From a virus, in IMG/VR virus record IMGVR_UViG_3300045988_139610: 64,000 bases of DNA, one strand, 5' to 3'. A model generated the notes under the pieces. The model saw nothing but the letters and a program-made list of their open reading frames with translations, was not told where the DNA came from and ran no database searches. Within the stretch, counting starts at the first letter, position 1, and every line of letters begins with the position of its first letter. Position numbers and translations under genes: made by a program. Positions 27,149 through 35,510 of the stretch are shown one piece after another.

Positions 27149-27370
27149 TTATTTTTCAAATATAATATCGTTCTTTAATTCTTCTACAGCCCTCTCTACT
27201 GTTTTCCATACGCTTAATTTTGCCAATATTATTTTTTTCTCAATTTCTAATTGCACCTTAGTATCTTCGCTAAATTCACATTCATTATTTAATAAATTAT
27301 TTATACTATCTAACAAATTATTTAAATATTCCTGCTCTTTTCTCATTTGAAACTCTAATATATTTTCCAT
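27149..27370 (-). CDS. hypothetical protein (helical)
   Basis: ORF in the array. No motif. Confidence 0.45.
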   Translation of the reverse strand: MENILEFQMRKEQEYLNNLLDSINNLLNNECEFSEDTKVQLEIEKKIILAKLSVWKTVERAVEELKNDIIFEK

Positions 27371-27383
27371 AAATTAGACCTCC

Positions 27384-27680
27384 TTATTGTTTTAACATAT
27401 TTAATATATCTCTAATTAAACTCATATAATAAATTAGTTCTTCCTCATTATTTAAAGTAAATTCCCATACACTGTTATATATGTCTTTTAACATATCTAT
27501 ATTATTTTTAAAATTATTACAACACGCTTTGCTTATTTCATCTAGATTTTCCAAATTTTCAATATTCATATCTTCAGCCTGTTTCTTTATAACTCTTTTG
27601 AAGTCATCTTTAGTTATTGGTGAAAGTCTATCATATTCATCGAATAATTCTTTAATTTCCTTTTTATATATTTCATCCAT
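27384..27680 (-). CDS. hypothetical protein
   Basis: ORF in the array. No motif. Confidence 0.45.
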   Translation of the reverse strand: MDEIYKKEIKELFDEYDRLSPITKDDFKRVIKKQAEDMNIENLENLDEISKACCNNFKNNIDMLKDIYNSVWEFTLNNEEELIYYMSLIRDILNMLKQ

Positions 27681-27695
27681 AAGATTATTACCTCC

Positions 27696-28256
27696 TTATA
27701 ATCCTAATATGTCGTCAATATCCCTAGGCGCTTTTTTCTTTACATTAACTACTATATCGAAATCATCTACAAAACTTGGTTCTACTTCTTTAACTTCTTC
27801 TGTTTTTTCTTTAGGTTCTTGTTTATCTAGTTGATTCTCGGCTATATAATGTTGTAATTGATTTTCTAACATTGATAAACAATATTTAATTCTTGAATTA
27901 ACGGTTTTAAAATCTATATTGTTTAATATATCTAACATATCTTTCTCATATTTATTAATAAATTCATATATTAATTCATCTTCAAATTTATCAGTAATTA
28001 TTTTATATGTAGAAGAAAAATATATGGATTTCTCTTTTTCTTTTAAATCACACAATTCTCTCACTTTATCTCTCGCTAATTTTTTTACTTGTTTTAACCA
28101 TTGCTTTCTAATTATTTCTTCATTCTTTTTATCAAAACATTCTTTATTACAATAATATCTGTTTTTAATTTCTAAGTTATCATTGAGATATTCTTCTATG
28201 AAAGCGTCTTTTTTATCTATCTTATTTTTACAATATCGACAAGTTACTTTTGACAT
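27696..28256 (-). CDS. hypothetical protein with N-terminal zinc ribbon
   Basis: CRYCKNK..(27 aa)..CNKEC. Overlaps the upstream DHH gene end by 13 nt. Confidence 0.5.
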   Translation of the reverse strand: MSKVTCRYCKNKIDKKDAFIEEYLNDNLEIKNRYYCNKECFDKKNEEIIRKQWLKQVKKLARDKVRELCDLKEKEKSIYFSSTYKIITDKFEDELIYEFINKYEKDMLDILNNIDFKTVNSRIKYCLSMLENQLQHYIAENQLDKQEPKEKTEEVKEVEPSFVDDFDIVVNVKKKAPRDIDDILGL

Positions 28257-29176
28257 TTAATCACTTCCTTTATATCAAAAATATCATTTATAAAATTATT
28301 TAATTTAACATTGTTTAATGGAAAACCACTAGCTTTTGGATGACCTCCTCCACCAAATTGTTTAGCTATATCTGTTAAATTAATATCATCTTTAACAGTT
28401 CTTAATGATACCGTTTCTTTTTTAATTATAGCTACAAAATCTAATTCTTCATGTCTTTCACATAATATATTTCCTAATTCACTTGTGTAAGAGTCAGCCA
28501 TAACTATACCTATTTTATAAAGTTTAAAATCTTTAATTATAAGTTCTTTTTCTTTTATATTAATGTAATTATCTATTTCTTTTTGTTTTATTTCTAATAT
28601 TAATTTATCTGTTTCGCTAAATAATTCTTTATTATCTTTTATTCTATGCACCATATCATTAACGAATTTTTCTCTACCTAATATATAAAGCAAATCACTT
28701 AACTGTTTAGCTTCTTCGTTTCTAAATATTTCTTTCCATTCCCAAGTGTCATATTGTCTTACTAATTCAACAAAATCTTCAAGAGATTCATTATACAATC
28801 CTTTATTTAGTAATTTATCTAACAAATAAATAAAAGATAGATGTGTACCACTATCTTTTAATCCATCTAACATGTGTGTTGTTACATTTGCGAATGAATA
28901 TTTATTTAAATGAGTTGCTGACGGATGATGGTCTAATAATTGTACTTTTAAACCTTCTTTATTTATTATCTCTGCTAATTCTTCGTTTACAGATAAATCT
29001 GTTATAAATAATTGCTCGTAAATTCCAAATCTTAGTTCTTCCAATGATTGTTCTACGATGTCATTGACTTCATTATTTCCTACTGAAAGGACATCCGCTT
29101 TATCACCATATAAAAGTTTAAATACTACTTCACATCCTATCCCATCTAAATCGTTATGTGTTATTAATTTAATCAT
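28244..29176 (-). CDS. DHH/DHHA1 family phosphoesterase
   Basis: HNDLDGIGC, ITDLS, LLDHH, and DHHA1 GGGGHPKASGF. Confidence 0.8.
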   Translation of the reverse strand: MIKLITHNDLDGIGCEVVFKLLYGDKADVLSVGNNEVNDIVEQSLEELRFGIYEQLFITDLSVNEELAEIINKEGLKVQLLDHHPSATHLNKYSFANVTTHMLDGLKDSGTHLSFIYLLDKLLNKGLYNESLEDFVELVRQYDTWEWKEIFRNEEAKQLSDLLYILGREKFVNDMVHRIKDNKELFSETDKLILEIKQKEIDNYINIKEKELIIKDFKLYKIGIVMADSYTSELGNILCERHEELDFVAIIKKETVSLRTVKDDINLTDIAKQFGGGGHPKASGFPLNNVKLNNFINDIFDIKEVIKCQK

Positions 29177-29286
29177 ATATTAATCCTCCTCTTTAAATCT
29201 ATAATTTGTTTAGGTTTTCTATTACACGCTCCAAACATTTAATCACCTCCACAGGGGAGTGGAGATTAATTAATCTCCACTATTTA

Positions 29287-30378
29287 TTATTGTAATTTCG
29301 ATAAAATTTCAGTTAATTGTTTAGCATCTAATGATGCAACGCTTTTAACACCTTTTTCTTTCATATAATCTTTTACTATATTTTTATTTTCTGTTGTTTT
29401 AAGTTTGTCTTTTAATTGAGACTTTAACTCATCTACTGATTTTTGTTCTTCTTCTTTTTCTTGTTGTTCAACTTCTTGTTGTACTTGTTTTAAATCTTTT
29501 TCAGCTTGTTTCTTTTCTTCTTCTACTTCTTTTTTAACTTGTTCTTTATCTATTGGTCTGGTTGCTGAATTCCTCATACCTTCTTTTAATGTTTGTAAAA
29601 AGTTTTTAGCAAACTCTTTTGGGTCATCATTAACCACTAAATATTCGGGTACAGAATTTGAAGAGAATCTTGTTCCAGCTTCTACATATCCATCACCTCT
29701 AAAATACAAACGTCTTTCTGTTCCATTTAATTTTCCATCTATTATCGTTTTTTCAATTGTTCCAGTAAGAATTATATCAAATATATCACTGAATATATTT
29801 TCGTAAGTATTTGGTAAATTACTGGTTAATACCATATAACCCTCATCTGGATTCATATTTTTTTCTGTTATCGTCTTGATTTTAGTATGTGAGATTGCCA
29901 TGACACCAAAACCAGCTTTGTATAAAGTTGTAAAGTATTCTTTCAATAATGATTTGACTTTAGCTTGTCCAGAACCAAATCCATTATAGCATTGATTAAT
30001 TGACTTAGCAGGTTTACCTGTTTCTATTTGTGAAAGTCTGCAAACTTCCTTTTCTGCTATGCTTATTATTTCATCTACCGTATCGAAAGCCACCATTTCT
30101 ATATTATGTTCTTTACCTTTTTCTTTAATTAACCATTGTTGTAATTCTCTTAATTCTTTCCAAGTATCAGCATGAGTACATTGTAATTCATCCAGTAATG
30201 TCTCACCAAATTCATTCCCCAAAGAGATTAACAATCCTTTTTCTGGTTTATTATCATATTCTTCTAATATTATATTTCTGAATAAAGTTGATTTTCCCCA
30301 TTTTGGGATTGCCCTTAAATACATTCTCAATTTATTTATATCGTTTGTACTTTTATTTATTTTTATTTTTATACTCAT
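29287..30378 (-). CDS. RecA-fold ATPase, Sak4/AAA_24-like, with Glu/Lys-rich tail
   Basis: Walker A AIPKWGKST, Walker B MVAFDTVDE, C-terminal EEEKKQAEKDLKQVQQEVEQQEKEEE. The family assignment is by pattern only. Confidence 0.5.
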   Translation of the reverse strand: MSIKIKINKSTNDINKLRMYLRAIPKWGKSTLFRNIILEEYDNKPEKGLLISLGNEFGETLLDELQCTHADTWKELRELQQWLIKEKGKEHNIEMVAFDTVDEIISIAEKEVCRLSQIETGKPAKSINQCYNGFGSGQAKVKSLLKEYFTTLYKAGFGVMAISHTKIKTITEKNMNPDEGYMVLTSNLPNTYENIFSDIFDIILTGTIEKTIIDGKLNGTERRLYFRGDGYVEAGTRFSSNSVPEYLVVNDDPKEFAKNFLQTLKEGMRNSATRPIDKEQVKKEVEEEKKQAEKDLKQVQQEVEQQEKEEEQKSVDELKSQLKDKLKTTENKNIVKDYMKEKGVKSVASLDAKQLTEILSKLQ

Positions 30379-30464
30379 TACACATCTCTCCTTTTATTAA
30401 TTATTTTTAATTTGTTATTTTTATTTATATCTTATAACTAATATATTCTACATTTTAATCACCC

Positions 30465-30508
30465 CTTATATTATCGTATTAACAATTCTAACTTCAAAAT
30501 TACCTATG
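30465..30508 (-). promoter_or_regulatory. class-B phage promoter/leader with ATG-TAG start-stop unit
   Basis: Sense CATAGGTAATTTTGAAGTTAGAATTGTTAATACGATAATATAAGGGGTGATTAAAATGTAG (ATG 30451-30453). Confidence 0.6.
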
Positions 30509-30517
30509 ATTTAAAAT

Positions 30518-30643
30518 TTATCTATTCATATAATATACATTAAATTCCATATCTTCACTTATTATTGTAATCTTAGGATATCTATCTGCTATTTCTTTTA
30601 CTTTATTTACAGCACCGTATACATTATGAGTTGTATATTTTTC
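30518..30643 (-). pseudogene. C-terminal fragment of a ~75-aa phage gene split by the IS
   Basis: Reads EKYTTHNVYGAVNKVKEIADRYPKITIISEDMEFNVYYMNR*, in frame with the fragment at 32445..32554 once the IS and one TSD copy are removed. Confidence 0.7.
30636..30643. repeat. target-site duplication, left copy (TATTTTTC)
   Basis: Identical 8-mer at 32445-32452, immediately flanking the IS ends. Confidence 0.8.
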
Positions 30644-30683
30644 GGGTATACAACTTTAATTGTGGAAAAGAAAAGAGAGTGAA

Positions 30684-31997
30684 TTAAAATTTATCACTCT
30701 CTAATACCTCTAGTAGTTGTGGAATATCTACTCCGAAACCTTCTGTTAATTTTGTACTTCCTACGAAATCATTCCAACTAAATGCCGTAGTAAATGTATA
30801 TGTTTTGTTACTTGTATTTGCTCTTGTATATTTAGGTTTTCTAGTAGCACTTGTACCGAATAACACCTTTGCTCTAAGCACTTCAAATGAGTAACCTCTC
30901 CCAGCTTTCTCGATGTTCTTAATCAAGTTGTTTAAACTCTCTGTATAAGCATTTGTAATTCTACATGTAAAGTAATTAAATATCTCATACTGCCAGTTAT
31001 CAACTGTTTTGATTACATCTTGGTAGTATTTCATATCCTTTGGAACTGCTTTTTTCCAGTCCTCATAAGCCTTTAAAGCATCTTCTCGATTATCATGTTT
31101 ATAGATATCCCTAAATTGTTCTTTTAACTCATAGGCTAACTTTAACTGTGGAAAATCTAGAAACATTAGCTGCATATCCCAAATCTGTTTAGGTTCTAAA
31201 TCTTCCTTATTCCTTAATAGCAAGAATCTATCCTTTAACAGCTTAGACCTTTGCTTTCTGTCTAGAGAACCTTTAAATGACTTTCTCTCACCTTCTAAAG
31301 CATTATTAACTAATTGTATTACATGGAATCTGTCAACTATTACCTGAGCTTTTGGCAACTCCTCATAGACTGCCTCTTTGTAGTATCTCCACATATCTAT
31401 GGTTACTACTTCTATGTTATTCTTATTAGGCAATTTGCTCAGAAAAGCCTTTACATCGGACTTCTTACGGCTTGGCTGGATATCCAATACCTTACGTCCA
31501 ATTATATCGGTATAAACGGCTCTCATGCTTTTATTTAGATGTGCTTCGTCTATGCCTAATATAACTGGAGTGAGGAATGTCATATCCTTTTCTAACCTTT
31601 CTATGTAAGCATTAAATATTCTCTTTACTGTAGTAGGAGAAACACTATATTCTTCTGCTATATTGGCGAATGGCTTTTTAAGGGATTCTTTTTCTATTTG
31701 CTCTCTTAAACGAATAGTGATTTTATCTCTATCGTCAATACTTTTGTAATGTTGACTAAATGTAGTACCGCAGTATCTGCATTTATATCTATGTGTATGT
31801 ATTTCAATCCCTACACGTTTCCCAAAGCTGTTCAAATCCCTCACAAATCTCTTTGATTTGCCATGCTTATAATATTCAACTCCACCACACTCTGGGCAAG
31901 CCACAGGCTCTTTAACTGGTTTAACTATTACTGTCATGTCATGTTCATCTTGTATTGTGTCTATAACTTCAAACTCTGGTAAATTTAGTATATTCAT
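30684..31997 (-). CDS. ISL3 family transposase
   Basis: N-terminal zinc-finger pattern CPECG..YKCRYCG, then the DDE_Tnp_ISL3-like body (IDEAHL.., VTIDMW, DRFHVI, NAYTESLN). Confidence 0.85.
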   Translation of the reverse strand: MNILNLPEFEVIDTIQDEHDMTVIVKPVKEPVACPECGGVEYYKHGKSKRFVRDLNSFGKRVGIEIHTHRYKCRYCGTTFSQHYKSIDDRDKITIRLREQIEKESLKKPFANIAEEYSVSPTTVKRIFNAYIERLEKDMTFLTPVILGIDEAHLNKSMRAVYTDIIGRKVLDIQPSRKKSDVKAFLSKLPNKNNIEVVTIDMWRYYKEAVYEELPKAQVIVDRFHVIQLVNNALEGERKSFKGSLDRKQRSKLLKDRFLLLRNKEDLEPKQIWDMQLMFLDFPQLKLAYELKEQFRDIYKHDNREDALKAYEDWKKAVPKDMKYYQDVIKTVDNWQYEIFNYFTCRITNAYTESLNNLIKNIEKAGRGYSFEVLRAKVLFGTSATRKPKYTRANTSNKTYTFTTAFSWNDFVGSTKLTEGFGVDIPQLLEVLESDKF

Positions 31998-32043
31998 TTT
32001 ATGATATCTCCTTAAGCTACTAACTCAAATCTATATTCTAGTT

Positions 32044-32298
32044 TTATTCCTTATAATTTTTAGGGTATCTATAAAATACCATCTTGGTTATAGCGTGGAA
32101 GGTACAAGGCGCTCCCTTATCAACTGTTATAATATTCAATAATGGCACTTCTTTTTTATGATAATTTACTGGGTATAAATGTATATCATTATTTATTTCC
32201 ATAAGAACAGATGTGTTAAATTCTACATATTTTATATTATCATTATAATAAAAACTAGGATTTAAAATATCTCCCTTTTTAAATACTTTATATTTCAT
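32044..32298 (-). CDS. hypothetical 84-aa protein carried inside the IS
   Basis: AGGAGG lies 6 nt before the ATG. Sits between the transposase gene and the right IS end. Confidence 0.5.
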   Translation of the reverse strand: MKYKVFKKGDILNPSFYYNDNIKYVEFNTSVLMEINNDIHLYPVNYHKKEVPLLNIITVDKGAPCTFHAITKMVFYRYPKNYKE

Positions 32299-32444
32299 AA
32301 TAACCTCCTAAATAATATGTTTTACTAAATTATATCACAGTTCTAGTTGCAATTTCCACAGTTAAAGTTATTTTGAATAATAAATTTTATATTCACTTTT
32401 CAATGTACGTTTTCTTACTAATCCACAGTTATAGTTTCATACCC

Positions 32445-32452
32445 TATTTTTC
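32445..32452. repeat. target-site duplication, right copy (TATTTTTC)
   Basis: See the left copy. Confidence 0.8.
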
Positions 32453-32554
32453 TAAGTATTCTAAAACTTCCTCATTCTCATCTATTTTATATAATTGAAT
32501 CAAATATAAATCTTTTGTATTGATATAATCAACATATAACTTCAACTCTTCCAC
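32445..32554 (-). pseudogene. N-terminal fragment of the IS-split gene
   Basis: GTG at 32552-32554, 8 nt after GGAAGGAG. (M)EELKLYVDYINTKDLYLIQLYKIDENEEVLEYLEK, then the IS end. Confidence 0.65.
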
Positions 32555-32617
32555 ATTACCAACTCCTTCCTAGAGGGAATTAATTCCCTCTTTATAATTT
32601 TATTAATTATTTTCAAT

Positions 32618-33748
32618 CTAAAAATCGAATAATTCGTCCTCGTCATCATCACCATCTGATAATATATCTAAATCTCCGTCCTCATCTAATAATTCTGGTT
32701 TAGGTTCATTACCTTTACTTAATAACTCGTTTAATGTTAAAGGTACTGGTATTGCTCCTTTACTATATCCTCTACCTATTGAAGATATTTCCATTCTTCT
32801 TTGCATAGACCCCATTCCTGCACCATATTGTTGTTTCAAATCTTCAATATCCATTAATCCGTACTTAACAAGTTCTTTTTCTTCATCGCTTAACATATCT
32901 TCATTAAATGGCACTTCTTCATGTCTATTTATTAATCTAACTCTATACCCCATTTTACATAATTCATTATCGTCAAAGTTATCTAATAGCATTTTATCTA
33001 TTAATTTAGCCATTTTCTTAGCTTTCTCACTATCCTCACCTAATGGGTATTCAAATGATTGATAAAATCCTATATCAGCCTTTTTCTTAGAATTATACTC
33101 TGGTATATATCCATTTATAACTAATAGATTCTCTTCTTCTAATCTGCTATCGTCTAAACAATCTTCTGTTATATAAAATTCTACGTTTGCTAATGCTTTT
33201 TCTTCCGCCTCGTCATTTATAACATATATTCTTTGCACATTGTAATTTGTATAAATCTTTTCTTCGTGTGTTTTAGGATTAGTATAACTTGAATATTCTA
33301 TATTACCTTGTACTTTAAATTTTTTGTCTTTATAAGCATCTGATTTTAATATTGAGTGTACTGCCATTGAATAATCAAATTCATTACTGCACTCTACTCT
33401 TTCTTCGTTTTCGTCTACGAATACCAGTTTACGGAAGTTTGCGATTCTATCTTCATATTTTTCTCTGTCTTTATATTTAAAGTTAGTTGATTCAAATTTA
33501 CCGTCATTATCTAATATGGTATATATAGTTGAATCATTAACATTAAGTGTCCCATCTGAAGTTCTTTTGACATTATTCATGAAAGATTTTATTTGAAGAT
33601 TAAAGTTATCTTTATCACATTTCATATTCAAATTTAATTGTCTAATATTACAACCAGAATCTAATAGTTTATCACTAAAAGCTTTTCTATTTTCTCTATC
33701 TGGTGCTATTGATAATTTTCCAATCATAACAAAATTTAAATTACTCAT
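32618..33748 (-). CDS. putative ssDNA-binding protein (acidic C-terminal tip)
   Basis: The C-terminus DEDGDLDILSDGDDDEDELFDF resembles SSB interaction tails. Located beside the recombinase-like ATPase. OB fold not verified. Confidence 0.4.
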   Translation of the reverse strand: MSNLNFVMIGKLSIAPDRENRKAFSDKLLDSGCNIRQLNLNMKCDKDNFNLQIKSFMNNVKRTSDGTLNVNDSTIYTILDNDGKFESTNFKYKDREKYEDRIANFRKLVFVDENEERVECSNEFDYSMAVHSILKSDAYKDKKFKVQGNIEYSSYTNPKTHEEKIYTNYNVQRIYVINDEAEEKALANVEFYITEDCLDDSRLEEENLLVINGYIPEYNSKKKADIGFYQSFEYPLGEDSEKAKKMAKLIDKMLLDNFDDNELCKMGYRVRLINRHEEVPFNEDMLSDEEKELVKYGLMDIEDLKQQYGAGMGSMQRRMEISSIGRGYSKGAIPVPLTLNELLSKGNEPKPELLDEDGDLDILSDGDDDEDELFDF

Positions 33749-33827
33749 ATATACATCTCTCCTTTATTAATCATTTTTATTAATATTTTATTTTGGCACT
33801 TCATATATTTTACATTTTAATCACCTC

Positions 33828-33870
33828 TTATATTAGTATATTAACATAACCATATATAAAATTACCTATG
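33828..33870 (-). promoter_or_regulatory. class-B phage promoter/leader with ATG-TAA start-stop unit
   Basis: Sense CATAGGTAATTTTATATATGGTTATGTTAATATACTAATATAAGAGGTGATTAAAATGTAA (ATG 33813-33815). Confidence 0.6.
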
Positions 33871-33893
33871 AATTATTATTTTTTATATCTTAA

Positions 33894-34025
33894 ACTATAT
33901 ATTATTTCTCCTATTATTAATGACACTAAAACTACTACATAAGGAGTTACAAATTCTACTCGAAAAATTAATACTAGAGATAAGATTATAATAATACATC
34001 TTATAATCAAATCTTTTAAATTCAT
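33894..34025 (-). CDS. possible 43-aa hydrophobic peptide
   Basis: GAAGGAGGTGAAGAGAA precedes the ATG. MNLKDLIIRCIIIILSLVLIFRSR... The ATG overlaps the TGA of the upstream small ORF (ATGA). Confidence 0.3.
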
Positions 34026-34198
34026 TTCTCTTCACCTCCTTCTATTAACTCAAAAAATTTACCGATACTATATATTCTATCACAATATTCAACTAAGTAT
34101 TTTTCTCTATCTCTTTGTCTTAAATCCATTCTTGCAGAATATATTGTGTTATAAACTTTCACTACTTTTAAACTACCATTAGTTATTAATTTTATCAT
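34022..34198 (-). CDS. small hypothetical protein (58 aa)
   Basis: Hand translation MIKLITNGSLKVVKVYNTIYSARMDLRQRDREKYLVEYCDRIYSIGKFFELIEGGEEK. Below the track cut-off. Confidence 0.45.
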   Translation of the reverse strand: MIKLITNGSLKVVKVYNTIYSARMDLRQRDREKYLVEYCDRIYSIGKFFELIEGGEEK

Positions 34199-34262
34199 AT
34201 TAACATCTCTCCTTTTTTTTATTAATTATTTTTATTTACTTCCTATTTCATATTAATTTCTT

Positions 34263-34427
34263 CTATTCTAACTCTTCCAATGTTCCTTCTACGAATACTG
34301 TCTTGACGCACTCTTTAGTGTCTTTATAATAAAAGAAACATTTCTCGCATTGTTTGTTAGATAACAACTCACACACTTCATTTGAATCAAGCTTTTTCAA
34401 TATATCTTTTAATTCTTCTATTGTCAT
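34263..34427 (-). CDS. small Cys-containing protein (54 aa)
   Basis: MTIEELKDILKKLDSNEVCELLSNKQCEKCFFYYKDTKECVKTVFVEGTLEELE. Driven by a class-A promoter. Confidence 0.45.
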   Translation of the reverse strand: MTIEELKDILKKLDSNEVCELLSNKQCEKCFFYYKDTKECVKTVFVEGTLEELE

Positions 34428-34454
34428 ATTAAATCTCACTCCTTAACATAAATA

Positions 34455-34482
34455 AGTATATCATATTGTAAATATTCGTCAA
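34455..34482 (-). promoter_or_regulatory. class-A sigma-A-type promoter
   Basis: Sense TTGACG-N16-TATACT, preceded by the 17-mer. Confidence 0.6.
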
Positions 34483-34491
34483 TACTTTTTA

Positions 34492-35265
34492 TTAATTATT
34501 TTCGGCTTTTTCTATTCTATTTTTAGCTATATTAAAGTAATTCTCATCTAGTTCAATTCCTATAAATTTACGATTAGTATTCATACAAGCAACCCCTGTA
34601 CTACCACTGCCCATAGTAAAATCTAATACTAAATCATTTTCATTAGTATATGTCTTAATCCAATATTCAAGTAATTTAATAGGTTTTTGTGTAGGATGTA
34701 TCCTATTTAAATTATTACATTCTCCTATAATTTTACTTAAACTATATAAATTTGTAGGATATCTTTTTGTATTATCATAATTTTTACTAAGTTTTGTAAT
34801 ATGTTTCCCATAATTATTGCTCGAATAACCTTCTTTGCTAATTGGTCTAATATTTTTTTGTTCTGCGTCAGTCATTTGAGGATTGTATATTGGTAATTTT
34901 TTATAAAAGACGCATATATCTTCTGTTCTTTTTAAAGGCATTCGTTTAGCATTAAGAAAACCACTTGGTAATTGTTTGTCCCATGTTATCCTATATTTAA
35001 ATTCTTTTAAATTACTACATATTAATTTACTTGTAAACGGCTCATCTGAAAATAATAATATAGGTGTATTTTTATTAATTAGTTTATGTATTTTTCCCCA
35101 CATACAATTAAAAGGAATTATTTCATCCCATTTATTTCTCGATGTTATTCCATATGGAATATCTGTAAATATCATATCAACTTTCATACCTTTTTCGATT
35201 AACATATCCATCACTTCTAAGCAATCGCCTTGATATAATTTATATCTTTCATTTTCTATACCCAT
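34492..35265 (-). CDS. DNA methyltransferase, beta class (N6-adenine or N4-cytosine)
   Basis: Motif IV IFTDIPYG and motif I LDFTMGSGSTGVAC, in the order IV->I. Confidence 0.85.
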   Translation of the reverse strand: MGIENERYKLYQGDCLEVMDMLIEKGMKVDMIFTDIPYGITSRNKWDEIIPFNCMWGKIHKLINKNTPILLFSDEPFTSKLICSNLKEFKYRITWDKQLPSGFLNAKRMPLKRTEDICVFYKKLPIYNPQMTDAEQKNIRPISKEGYSSNNYGKHITKLSKNYDNTKRYPTNLYSLSKIIGECNNLNRIHPTQKPIKLLEYWIKTYTNENDLVLDFTMGSGSTGVACMNTNRKFIGIELDENYFNIAKNRIEKAENN

Positions 35266-35277
35266 ATTAATACCTCC

Positions 35278-35439
35278 TTAATATAATCTCCTTTTATGTT
35301 TATCTTTTCTAGTATAAGTCTTTTTACTTTTCTTTATCCCAGTGCCTCTTTTAACTTCTTGTAGATGTTCATGTATGTTTTCTATTTTACCAACATGATT
35401 GAAATCCTTACCTTTTAATGTAAATTTTATCTTTTTCAT
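35278..35439 (-). CDS. small basic protein (53 aa)
   Basis: MKKIKFTLKGKDFNHVGKIENIHEHLQEVKRGTGIKKSKKTYTRKDKHKRRLY. Below the track cut-off. Confidence 0.4.
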   Translation of the reverse strand: MKKIKFTLKGKDFNHVGKIENIHEHLQEVKRGTGIKKSKKTYTRKDKHKRRLY

Positions 35440-35510
35440 TCTTATCACCTTCCTATAAATACATTATATCACATTGAAATATAATATCGATACCTTTTAT
35501 TAATTATTTT

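Larger units (their letters stand above)
30644..32444 (-). mobile_element. ISL3-family insertion sequence (1801 bp)
   Basis: The ends GGGTATACAACTTTAATTGTGGAAAAG (30644..) and the reverse complement of 32418-32444 (GGGTATGAAACTATAACTGTGGATTAG) are imperfect inverted repeats. 8-bp TSD. Locally higher G+C. Confidence 0.85.
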
